Source: Myxococcota bacterium
Lineage (GTDB): Bacteria; Myxococcota_A; UBA9160; SZUA-336
Assembly (NCBI GenBank): GCA_965247115.1
Contig: CBDFGR010000003.1
Location: 1,216,001-1,280,000, forward strand
Direction of reading: 5' to 3'
Length of the DNA: 64,000 nucleotides
Below, in pieces: positions 28,041 through 36,452 of this stretch. Position 1 is the stretch's first letter; each line of letters opens with the position of its first letter. Under the pieces are notes generated by a model. It ran no database searches. It was not told the origin of the DNA and saw nothing but the letters and a program-made list of their open reading frames with translations. The translations under genes were made by a program, and so were the position numbers.

Positions 28041-29300
28041 TCAGGGGGCCGCTACGACGTCGTGCGCCTCCCGCGGGTCGGCTCGCCGGTCCGCGCCGAG
28101 GGCCTCGCTCGTTCGCTTGTCGACGCTTCGTAGCGCTGGGCTGCAGCCCGTGAAGAGCAGGGTGACAGCGATGACGGAGACGGCCGCCAGGGCGACCGCG
28201 ACGGGCGCGCCGAACTCCTCGGCCACGGCGCTCATCGGCAGTGTGCCGAGCGGGGTGACTCCGAACGACATCATCATGAAGCTCGAGATTCGCCCTCGGA
28301 TGCGGTCCGGGATGAGCAGCTGTACCGCGGTGTTGTTGAGAGTGTTGAAGATGCTGGCGGCGATGTTCGCGATCAGCACCAGGGGCAGTGCGAGCGAGAA
28401 GTAAGGGCTCAGCGCAAACAGCAGCAAGAAGAACGCGAACGCGAACGCGCTGGCAACCATCAGCGACAGCCGCCCCAGGGCGTCGCTGCGCTGGGCGAGG
28501 TAAGCGGAGCCGATCAGTCCTCCAATGCCGGCCACCGCGTGGAGCGTGCCGAGCCCCCGGGAGCCAACCATCCAGACCTCTTCGGTGAATACCACCAGCA
28601 GCGTCTGGAACGGCATGGCCAGAAACATCGGAACGATTCCGAAGAGCAGCAACATCAGCACTACACGGTTGTGCGCCATGTAGCGCACGCCCTCCACCAG
28701 GTCTCCCAACACCGACGCTTCTTGCAGCTGAGCTGGCGGCGGGGACCGCTCTACGCCCAACAGGCAGAGCATGGCCACAACGTAAAGCGCGCTGCCAAAC
28801 GCGAAGGCTCCGGCCAGCCCGACCAGCGGGATCAGGAAACCCGCCACGGCCGGACCCAGGATGCGTGTCGCGTTCATGCCGCCCATCTGCAGCGCAATGG
28901 CGTTCTGCAGGCCGCGCTTGCCGATGATGTTCACGACGATTGCGGAGCTGGCGGGCATGATGAAGGGGTAGGTGCACCCGATCAGGCTTGCCGCGGCCAC
29001 CAGGTGCCAGAACTGCAGCTCGCCCAGGACGAGCAGCGAGAGGACCGCGACCTCGCTGCTCACGAGGATCCCCTGGCCAATCAGAATGAGCCTGCGTCGT
29101 TCGACGCGATCGGCGACTACGCCTCCGAGGGGTGACACGACCATCATGGGAATCGCCACCGCAAAGTTGATGATGCCGAGAGCCAACGGACTCCTCGTCA
29201 GATCGAAGGCGATGATCGAACGTACGATCATCTGGGCTCCCATGGCGAAGAAGAAGCCGATGTTGCTGGCGAAGAGCCAGCGGAACTGCACGCTCTCCAA
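28041..29300 (-). CDS. MFS transporter (start uncertain)
   Basis: About 12 TM segments, GGVVADRVERRR motif A. Confidence 0.85.
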   Translation of the reverse strand: MESVQFRWLFASNIGFFFAMGAQMIVRSIIAFDLTRSPLALGIINFAVAIPMMVVSPLGGVVADRVERRRLILIGQGILVSSEVAVLSLLVLGELQFWHLVAAASLIGCTYPFIMPASSAIVVNIIGKRGLQNAIALQMGGMNATRILGPAVAGFLIPLVGLAGAFAFGSALYVVAMLCLLGVERSPPPAQLQEASVLGDLVEGVRYMAHNRVVLMLLLFGIVPMFLAMPFQTLLVVFTEEVWMVGSRGLGTLHAVAGIGGLIGSAYLAQRSDALGRLSLMVASAFAFAFFLLLFALSPYFSLALPLVLIANIAASIFNTLNNTAVQLLIPDRIRGRISSFMMMSFGVTPLGTLPMSAVAEEFGAPVAVALAAVSVIAVTLLFTGCSPALRSVDKRTSEALGADRRADPREAHDVVAAP

Positions 29301-29359
29301 CGAGGAGAGCGCAGCCCGCCACCCCGTCCTCGCGGCGGGTCCTCGGAAGGACGGTTCCT

Positions 29360-30238
29360 TCAGTCCCCGGTCTCCATCGGCAGGCTTTCGTCCCTGACCC
29401 ATTCGGACAGCGAGCCGTCGTAGACGGCGACGCCCGTATGCCCCAGCAGGGTGAGCGCGAAGGCATCGACCGTGGCCGAGATTCCCCCACCGCAATAGGT
29501 GATGATGCGCTCCTTGTCGAAGGCGCCTACACCATCGAACTCGCGACGTAGCTCCGACGCGGCCTTGAAGGTACGAGACTCGCGCTCCATGAGGTTCGCG
29601 TAGGGTACGTTCCCGCTGCCAGCAATGTGCCCCTTGCGCCCGTAGCTGAGCTCTGCCTCCCCGGTGTGGGTCTCGCGCGGCAGCGCGTTGAGCGTCGCCA
29701 CGGTGGGATCTCCGATCGCCCCGAGCACCTCATCCTGGCCCGCCCAGAGCTCGGGTCGCAGATTCGCCTTGAAGCTCTCGCTGGCGTATCCGCAGGGCCG
29801 CCGGCACACGATCCGCCCCTCGCCCGTCCACTTGTGCCAGCCGCCGTCCAGCAGGGCGACCCGGTCGAAGCCGGAGGCGCGCAGCATCCACCACATGCGT
29901 GTGGCCCACATGGCGTGACTCGTGCTGTAGAGCACCACGTGCGTGTCCATCCCAATCCCGGCGGCGGAGAGAACGCTCTCCAGCTGCTCGCGCGGCGGCA
30001 GCGTGAAGCTCAGGCTGCTGGAGGAGTCCGCCAGCTCGTCGGCCAGGTCGAGGAAGCCGGCGGTCGGTATGTGGCCCTTCTCGTAGTCGTCCCTCCCGCT
30101 CTCGATGCGATAGGTCCGAGGCGGATCGGGAAGCAAGTGCACGGTAGTGTCGAAGACGCGGAGCTCGGGAGCGCCCAGGTGATCGACCAGCCACTCCGTG
30201 TCGACCAGCTGGTCTGGATTCTCATAGCCGCGCGTCAT
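29360..30238 (-). CDS. Tandem rhodanese sulfurtransferase (SseA-like)
   Basis: GHIP.A, LDGG..KW, YCGGG active loop, YDGSLSEW. Confidence 0.92.
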   Translation of the reverse strand: MTRGYENPDQLVDTEWLVDHLGAPELRVFDTTVHLLPDPPRTYRIESGRDDYEKGHIPTAGFLDLADELADSSSSLSFTLPPREQLESVLSAAGIGMDTHVVLYSTSHAMWATRMWWMLRASGFDRVALLDGGWHKWTGEGRIVCRRPCGYASESFKANLRPELWAGQDEVLGAIGDPTVATLNALPRETHTGEAELSYGRKGHIAGSGNVPYANLMERESRTFKAASELRREFDGVGAFDKERIITYCGGGISATVDAFALTLLGHTGVAVYDGSLSEWVRDESLPMETGD

Positions 30239-30342
30239 GTCTCCACTCCTCGGGTCTGCTCTGCGTGAACACGGAGAACTCATGATAGCGCGGACCGGGC
30301 ACGCTTCGTGCTTTCGCTCGACGGGAGACAGGAGGCACCGTC

Positions 30343-30561
30343 ATGCGTACCCCCCAGCAGCGCGGAGCTGCCATCGCTCCCCGTCGACCATCCGCATCCG
30401 CCCGAGGCGCAACCCATCCTGGCCAGCTGCGCCAGAAATGGCGGACCGAGCGGGACAAGCCCGGCGCCTGGGAGCTTGCCCGGGTCTGGCTGTGCCTTTC
30501 CTCGGCTTGCGCGCTCTTCTGGATCCTGTTGATCGCCTGGATCGCGCGCCTGCTCAGCTAG
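30343..30561 (+). CDS. Small membrane-anchored hypothetical protein
   Basis: SD AGGAGG 7 nt before the ATG; C-terminal hydrophobic helix. Confidence 0.45.
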   Translation: MRTPQQRGAAIAPRRPSASARGATHPGQLRQKWRTERDKPGAWELARVWLCLSSACALFWILLIAWIARLLS

Positions 30562-30768
30562 CCTTCGCCCGCAGCGCCAGCGCCGGAAGCGACTCGAGCA
30601 GCTCGGGCGCGGACGGATCGAGCGCGTAGAACGACCAGATGCCGACCTTCGTCGCGGTGAGCAGCCCCGCCTCGCGCAGCGTCTTCAGGTGGTGCGAGAT
30701 GGTCGGCTGGGAGAGCTCGAAGTGACCGACGAGATCGCAGACACACGTGGGGCCGGCCTGGGCGCTTA
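30554..30768 (-). pseudogene. 5'-truncated ArsR/SmtB-family regulator
   Basis: CVCDL...ELSQPTISHHLKTLREAGL motif; N-terminus replaced by the IS end. Confidence 0.8.
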
Positions 30769-32045
30769 GCAGGCTGCGGAGAAAGTGACTGGTTGAGGGG
30801 TGGTCCTTCCGACGAGGGGGTTCACCGGCCGAGGGGCGGGGCGCGATTCCCGGTTCGAACCGGTCTTGGGCTCCGCTGATCGCGGGGCGGTTTCGCACAT
30901 GACCTACGTGGCCTCCAGCAGCTTGCGGATCCGGATCAGGTTGTAGGCTGCGGCCGTGAAGGTGAAGACCCAGCCGACCCGATCCGTGCCGCGGTGTCGG
31001 GTCTTGCGCATCAGCCCCACGGTCTTCATCCAGCCGAAGACCTCTTCCACCCGTTTGCGAAAACGCTGACTCAGTTCGTAGCCCCGGTGGCGCGTCGTCC
31101 GCCCGTCGATCGCGCTGCGTCGATTCGTCGTGTTCTGCGCCACGTGTGGGGTCACGCCCAACTCTCGAAGCTCTTCCACGAACCCCTTCGTGTCGAAGCC
31201 CTTGTCTCCGCCCAATGTCCTCCGACGCCCGCCTCCCAGACCTTCCACCATCTCGAGCGCCGCTTCGCGCTCCGCATATCCCGACGCCTGCGTGAGCTTC
31301 GCCGCGACCACCAAGCCGTTCCGGTTCTCCGTCACCACGTGTCCCTGGTACGCGAGTCGGGCGCCTTGGCCTCTCATACCGGCGAGTCGTGCGTCGGGAT
31401 CCGTCGTCGACGCATGCGTCTGGTTGCTCCGCTTCTCGCCTCGGAAGTTCACCGTCGGGTTGCCCGGGTCATCGTCGTCTCTCCGTTCCTCGTCCTTCCG
31501 TACGAAGCTCTTCTGGCTCGCCCACGCCTCGATCAGCGTCCCGTCTACCGTGAAGTGCTCCAACGACACCCATCCCTCGGTCTCGGCCTGCTCCAGCACT
31601 GCGTCGAAGAAGTGCTCGGCAATCTCGCCCTTGAGCAGCCGGTCTCGGTTCTTCGTGAACACCGTGGCGCTGAACACCACCTCGTCAAGCTCCAGACCCA
31701 CGAACCAGCGATACAGCAGGTTGTACTCCAGCTGCTCCACCAGCTGCCGCTCGCTCCGGATGGTGTAGAGCACCTGCAGCAGCAGGGCGCGCAGCAGCTG
31801 CTCCGGGGGCACGGACGGGCGCCCTACGCCTCTGGCGTAGATCGCGTCGAAGCGCGGCGATAGCCGCTGCAGCGCCGTGTCGACCATGCGCCGCATCGCT
31901 CGAAGCGGATGATCATCCGGAATCCGCGACTCCAGCGACACGTAGCTGAACATCCCGCCCTGAAGCGTCCCCTGTCCTCTCACGCCTCCCCCTTTGGGGC
32001 TCGCTCCCAAGGTACCCTTCGATGAGGAGTTTTTCAGCAGCCTGC
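30769..32045 (-). mobile_element. IS5-like (DUF772 + DDE) insertion sequence
   Basis: Terminal IRs GCAGGCTGCGGAGAAAGT / AGTTTTTCAGCAGCCTGC, TA on both flanks. Confidence 0.9.
30904..31983 (-). CDS. IS5-like DDE transposase
   Basis: GRPS.PPE.LLR, RSERQL, VDGTLIEA, GDKGFD, RKRVEEVFGW; GTG start after GGGAGG. Confidence 0.93.
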   Translation of the reverse strand: MRGQGTLQGGMFSYVSLESRIPDDHPLRAMRRMVDTALQRLSPRFDAIYARGVGRPSVPPEQLLRALLLQVLYTIRSERQLVEQLEYNLLYRWFVGLELDEVVFSATVFTKNRDRLLKGEIAEHFFDAVLEQAETEGWVSLEHFTVDGTLIEAWASQKSFVRKDEERRDDDDPGNPTVNFRGEKRSNQTHASTTDPDARLAGMRGQGARLAYQGHVVTENRNGLVVAAKLTQASGYAEREAALEMVEGLGGGRRRTLGGDKGFDTKGFVEELRELGVTPHVAQNTTNRRSAIDGRTTRHRGYELSQRFRKRVEEVFGWMKTVGLMRKTRHRGTDRVGWVFTFTAAAYNLIRIRKLLEAT

Positions 32046-32276
32046 TAGATGACCGAATGCGCCGAGAGTCCCACCTCAGTGACCAGAAGTTCCGACTTCG
32101 GCCATACAAGTTCGGATCAAGGACCGTCCCCAAGTTCGGATTCCGAGGAGAACCGGCAGCCTCCTCCGGGGCCTGGCAACCCTGCAAGCGCCGCGTTTCG
32201 CGGCGCGCGCAGCGAAGGCCCTTGGCCTGAGCGGAGGTGGGTGGCCGCGGACGCCCGCGGCCGGGTCCCACAAGAC
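32046..32276 (-). repeat. Composite palindromic intergenic repeat (modules A+B)
   Basis: Reverse complement closely matches 58090-58349. Confidence 0.85.
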
Positions 32277-32945
32277 TCACATGTCGAGCGCGGACTCCGG
32301 GAAGACGCCGAGGTAGGCGAGGCAGGTGTGGCTGAGCTCGGTGGTGATCTGGCTCTTGGTCCAGACGCGGCCGGAGAGGTCTACCAGGTCGTCAAAGAGC
32401 AGGCGGTACACGAGCGTGCTCGTGATCAGGCGGGCCACGAACTCGGCGGCAACGGCCGGCTCCGGATGGAGGAGCTCGCGGCGACGCGCGATCATGAGGG
32501 CCACAAAACCGTCGTTGAACTGCCTCGCGTAGCGCTGAGCGCGCGCAGCGAAGCCGCGATCGGTCACCGTGCGCATCGTGAAGGCCTTGAGCAGCCCCAC
32601 GCGCTCACTGAAGATCCGGACCCGGAACGCGATGATGTCTTCGATGATCTCCGACACGGAGGAATGGCTCCAGCGCTGCGGATCGAGCATCCCCTCCGCG
32701 GTCGCCTCCGCCTCGGCCATGTAGCGCTCGTGCAGGGCATTTAGCAGCCCGTCCTTGTCGCGAAAGCGCGAGTAGAAGGCGCCGACCGACGAGTCGGCTC
32801 GCTGGGCAATGTCCGCGACGCCGACATCCTCCCAGGCCTTCTCGGTCAGCAGGGCCTCGGCCGCATCCAGAAGCCGATCGAGGGTGGCGCGACTGCGCGC
32901 CTGGTGAGTGGGACGGATCCATTCGAGCTGCGGTGCAACGGACAA
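32277..32945 (-). CDS. TetR/AcrR-family regulator
   Basis: QARSRAT..RLLDAA, V.DIA.RA..SVG.FY.RF.DK; TTG start after GGAG preferred over 33002. Confidence 0.9.
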   Translation of the reverse strand: MSVAPQLEWIRPTHQARSRATLDRLLDAAEALLTEKAWEDVGVADIAQRADSSVGAFYSRFRDKDGLLNALHERYMAEAEATAEGMLDPQRWSHSSVSEIIEDIIAFRVRIFSERVGLLKAFTMRTVTDRGFAARAQRYARQFNDGFVALMIARRRELLHPEPAVAAEFVARLITSTLVYRLLFDDLVDLSGRVWTKSQITTELSHTCLAYLGVFPESALDM

Positions 32946-32956
32946 TTCGATCTCCA

Positions 32957-32978
32957 AACCAGAACGGGAATTCTGATT
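32957..32978. promoter_or_regulatory. Probable TetR operator
   Basis: AACCAGAA-N6-TTCTGATT inverted repeat between a minus-strand TTGACA and the tetR start. Confidence 0.55.
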
Positions 32979-33050
32979 CGGATCTTCGCAAACCCGACTC
33001 AAATGTCAAGCGAATTCAACCTCTTGGCCGACAAATTCTCTGCCTCGGAA

Positions 33051-33195
33051 GCCGTCGGAGGTCGGGAAACGTCCCCCGACTCCTTGCCGTACTGGCAACC
33101 CGCAAGCGCCGCGAGCGCGGCGCGCGCAGCGAAGGCCGTAGGCCTGAGCGAAGGTGGGTGGCGCGCGACCGCTCGCGCGCCGGGTCCCACAAGAC
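33051..33195 (-). repeat. Composite palindromic intergenic repeat (modules C+A)
   Basis: GTCGGAGGTCGGGAAACGTCCCCCG followed by a module A copy ending GGGTCCCACAAGAC. Confidence 0.8.
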
Positions 33196-33209
33196 CGCTC
33201 GCGCCGGAA

Positions 33210-34898
33210 TTAGCGCGGGGAAGGCAGGCGGATGTCTTCCACCAGCTGCTGGACCTCAGCGGGGGGCGGGGGGGTCAGGTAGCTCACGACCAGAGTCACG
33301 GCGAAGTTGAGGAGCATTCCCACCGTCCCGATCCCCTCCGGGCTGATTCCGAGCAACCAATCCGCGGCCCCGGCATCTGGCCGGGCAGTGAAGTACACGA
33401 TGTAGGCCCCGGTGAAGCCGATCCCCGAGAGCATGCCGGCGATCGCACCCTCCTTGGTCACCCGCTTGCTGAACACCCCGAGCACCAGAATCGGGAAGAA
33501 GCTCGATGCGGCCAGCCCGAAGGCGTAGGCGACGACCTGGGCCACGAAACCGGGTGGATTGATGCCGAAGTAGCCCGCCACGAGTACGGCTGCACCGGCC
33601 GCCACTCGGGCCAGCAGCAGCTCGCGCCGGTCACTGATGCCGGGAGTGAAGATGGACTTGAACAGGTCGTGCGAGACCGAAGAGGAGATCACGAGCAGGA
33701 GGCCCGCCGCCGTGGACAGGGCCGCGGCCAGACCTCCGGCGGCCACGAGGGCAACGACCCAGGCCGGAAGCTGCGCGATCTCCGGGTTCGCGAGCACCAT
33801 GATGTCACGGTCCACCTGAAGCTCGTTGGTGGCGGCGTCTGGTGTGTAGGTGATCACGCCGTCGCCATCCTTGTCTTCGAAGCGGATCAGCCCGGTTTTC
33901 TCCCAGTTCGAGAACCAGACCGGCGCCTCGCTATACGGCGTGCTGTGCAGGGTCTGGATCATGTTGGCCCGCGCAAACGTCGCGACGGCCGGCGCCGTGG
34001 TGTAGAGCAGGCCAATGAAGATGAGCGCCCACATCACGCTCCAACGAGCCGCGCGCGCACTCCTGACCGTGTAGAAGCGAATCAGCACGTGGGGCAAGCC
34101 GGCGGTCCCGGCCATGAGCGCGAGCGTAATCGCGAACACGTCGAGCATGCCCTTCTTTCCCGCAACGAAGGCTGCCGTGTACTCGGGAAAGCCCAGATCC
34201 CGGTGGATCTGATCGATCGTCTCGAGCAGGTAGATGCCCGCGTTGGGGCCGCTCGACACCGTCGAACCGAAGCCGATCTGCGGGATCGGGTTTCCCGTCA
34301 TGGCCATGGATATGGCGCCGGCGGGAATCAGGTAGGCAATGATCAGCACGGTGTACTGCGCGACCTGCGTGTACGTGATCCCGCGCATGCCGCCGAGCGT
34401 CGCGTACAGAAAGACGAGCGCCATCCCGATCACAACCCCGGTGTCGACGGGAACCTCGAGAAAGCGCGAGAAGACGATCCCAACACCACGCATCTGACCC
34501 GCGACGTACGTGAACGACACGAAGATCGCGCAGCCCACGGAGACAACGCGCGCGAACTGCGAGTAGTACCGGTCGCCGACGAACTCCGGCACCGTGTACT
34601 TGCCGTACTTGCGAAGGTAGGGCGCGAGTAGCAGGGCGAGCAGCACGTAGCCACCCGTCCAGCCCATGAGGTAGATCGTTCCGGTGTACCCCATGAAGGA
34701 GATGAGTCCCGCCATCGAGATAAACGAGGCGGCGCTCATCCAATCTGCGCCCGTCGCCATGCCGTTCGCCACAGCGGGGACGCCCTGTCCTGCCACGTAG
34801 AAGTCTGAGGTCGAGCGGACGCGGCTCCAGACTGCGATACCGATGTAGAGCGCGAAGCTGAGCCCGATGATCAGGTAGGTCCAGCTCTGGATCCCCAA
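33210..34898 (-). CDS. actP: Sodium:solute symporter, ActP-like acetate/monocarboxylate permease
   Basis: NGMATGADWMSAASF, GTAGLPHVLIRFYTV motifs. Confidence 0.85.
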   Translation of the reverse strand: MGIQSWTYLIIGLSFALYIGIAVWSRVRSTSDFYVAGQGVPAVANGMATGADWMSAASFISMAGLISFMGYTGTIYLMGWTGGYVLLALLLAPYLRKYGKYTVPEFVGDRYYSQFARVVSVGCAIFVSFTYVAGQMRGVGIVFSRFLEVPVDTGVVIGMALVFLYATLGGMRGITYTQVAQYTVLIIAYLIPAGAISMAMTGNPIPQIGFGSTVSSGPNAGIYLLETIDQIHRDLGFPEYTAAFVAGKKGMLDVFAITLALMAGTAGLPHVLIRFYTVRSARAARWSVMWALIFIGLLYTTAPAVATFARANMIQTLHSTPYSEAPVWFSNWEKTGLIRFEDKDGDGVITYTPDAATNELQVDRDIMVLANPEIAQLPAWVVALVAAGGLAAALSTAAGLLLVISSSVSHDLFKSIFTPGISDRRELLLARVAAGAAVLVAGYFGINPPGFVAQVVAYAFGLAASSFFPILVLGVFSKRVTKEGAIAGMLSGIGFTGAYIVYFTARPDAGAADWLLGISPEGIGTVGMLLNFAVTLVVSYLTPPPPAEVQQLVEDIRLPSPR

Positions 34899-34907
34899 GT
34901 GCCTACC

Positions 34908-35165
34908 TCAGTCGACGTCGTAGCGACGATCGATCCGGTCCATCCAGCGTGCATACACCAGGATGAGCAGGATAAAGATGTAGATCGAGCCCTGCTGTGC
35001 GAACCAGAAGCCGAGCGGGAAGCCGCCGAGTGAGAGGGTGTTCAGGGGCTCCACGAAGAAGATCCCCAGGCCAAAGGAAGACACGAACCAGATGCTGAGC
35101 AGGATTGCCAGGATCCTGACGTTCGCGCGCCAGTACCCACTGGGATCGCTTCGACGCTCTGCCAC
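34908..35165 (-). CDS. DUF4212 small membrane partner of the symporter
   Basis: YWRAN...GFPLGFWFAQQGSIYIF. Confidence 0.9.
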   Translation of the reverse strand: MAERRSDPSGYWRANVRILAILLSIWFVSSFGLGIFFVEPLNTLSLGGFPLGFWFAQQGSIYIFILLILVYARWMDRIDRRYDVD

Positions 35166-36358
35166 TACCTGAGTCCGAAGTCCCAGCCGTCTCCTATCTT
35201 GTAAGACTTCAGAATACGGCGCGCTGTCGTGGTGATGTGTACCTCGTCGGCCCCGTCGTAGATGCGCGCGAAACGCGCGTGGCGGTACATGCTCTCCAGC
35301 GGCGTGTCCTCCGAGACTCCCTTTGCTCCAAAGACCTGAATTGCGCGGTCGATCACGTTGTGCAGCATCTGCGCGCCGACCACCTTGATCATGCCGATCT
35401 CGACCCGGGCCTCGTCTCCCTGATCGATCTTGTGCGCCGCGTTCAACGTCAGCATGCGGCTGGCCTGGATCTCACACAGGCTATCGAACACGAACTTCTG
35501 GATTTGCTGATGCTCGCCCAGCGTCTTGCCGAAGGCGACGCGTTCGTTCGCCCTATCGCACATGAGGTCGTAGGCGCGCTGCGCCTGGCCGAGCCAGCGC
35601 ATGCAGTGGAAGATCCGGCCGGGTCCAAGGCGCTTCTGCGCGATCTTGAAGCCCGCTCCGCGCGGTCCGAGCAGATTTGCAAACGGCACGCGCACGTTGT
35701 CGTATTCGACCTCGCAGTGGCCGCCATTCATGCCCATGACCCGCACGTCGCGAATGATGTTGTAGCCGGGCGTGTCGGTCGGCACGATGATCATGCTGAA
35801 CGCGTCGTGGGCGGCAACGTCGGGCTCGGTACGCAGCATCACCGTGGTGTAGGCCGCGCGATCGGCCCCGCTCGTGAACCACTTGCGGCCGTTGATCACC
35901 CACTCGTCGCCCTCGAGCACCGCCGTGGTCTGGAGCTGCGTCGGGTCGGAGCTCGCAACGTCCGGCTCGGTCATTCCAAAGCTAGGGAAGACCTCGCCGT
36001 CCACCAGCCGTTTCAAGTACTTGTCGCGCCACTCCTCGGAGGCGTACAAGTGCAGCATGATCGAGTCCTGCAGGGAGTGCGTGCCCAGTGCGACGGTGGC
36101 GAGTCCGGAGCGGCCGACCACCTCGTTCACGTATACGTAGTCGAGGAACGGGAGGCCCTGGCCACCGATCTCCTTCGGGTGGCCCAGTGCCCAGAGCCCC
36201 GCCTCCTTGGCCTCCTGCATCAGTCGGCGCATGACCTTGTCCGACTCGGGGCTGCCGCGCTCCTCGAAGAGGTGCTCTACCGGGTATACACGCTGCTCGA
36301 TGAACTCCGTGACCTGCTTGCGAATGGGCAACATGTGCTCTGGAACCTGGAAGCTCAT
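35165..36358 (-). CDS. Acyl-CoA dehydrogenase
   Basis: MTEPDVASSD, NGRKWFTSGA, RLGPGRI.HCMR, RIYDGADEVH. Confidence 0.95.
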   Translation of the reverse strand: MSFQVPEHMLPIRKQVTEFIEQRVYPVEHLFEERGSPESDKVMRRLMQEAKEAGLWALGHPKEIGGQGLPFLDYVYVNEVVGRSGLATVALGTHSLQDSIMLHLYASEEWRDKYLKRLVDGEVFPSFGMTEPDVASSDPTQLQTTAVLEGDEWVINGRKWFTSGADRAAYTTVMLRTEPDVAAHDAFSMIIVPTDTPGYNIIRDVRVMGMNGGHCEVEYDNVRVPFANLLGPRGAGFKIAQKRLGPGRIFHCMRWLGQAQRAYDLMCDRANERVAFGKTLGEHQQIQKFVFDSLCEIQASRMLTLNAAHKIDQGDEARVEIGMIKVVGAQMLHNVIDRAIQVFGAKGVSEDTPLESMYRHARFARIYDGADEVHITTTARRILKSYKIGDGWDFGLR

Positions 36359-36452
36359 GATTCACTCCTCGCTCTTGATGGAGCTGGCCCAGCCTAGACT
36401 CCACCACCCATCAGGGGCAAGCCGCAGCCTTTTTCGCTACCAAGCCCCCCGG

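Noticed and set aside
31984..32280. N-terminal 99 aa of the 458-aa transposase ORF
   Set aside because: Runs through the IS end and the repeat; the real start is GTG at 31983 with an SD
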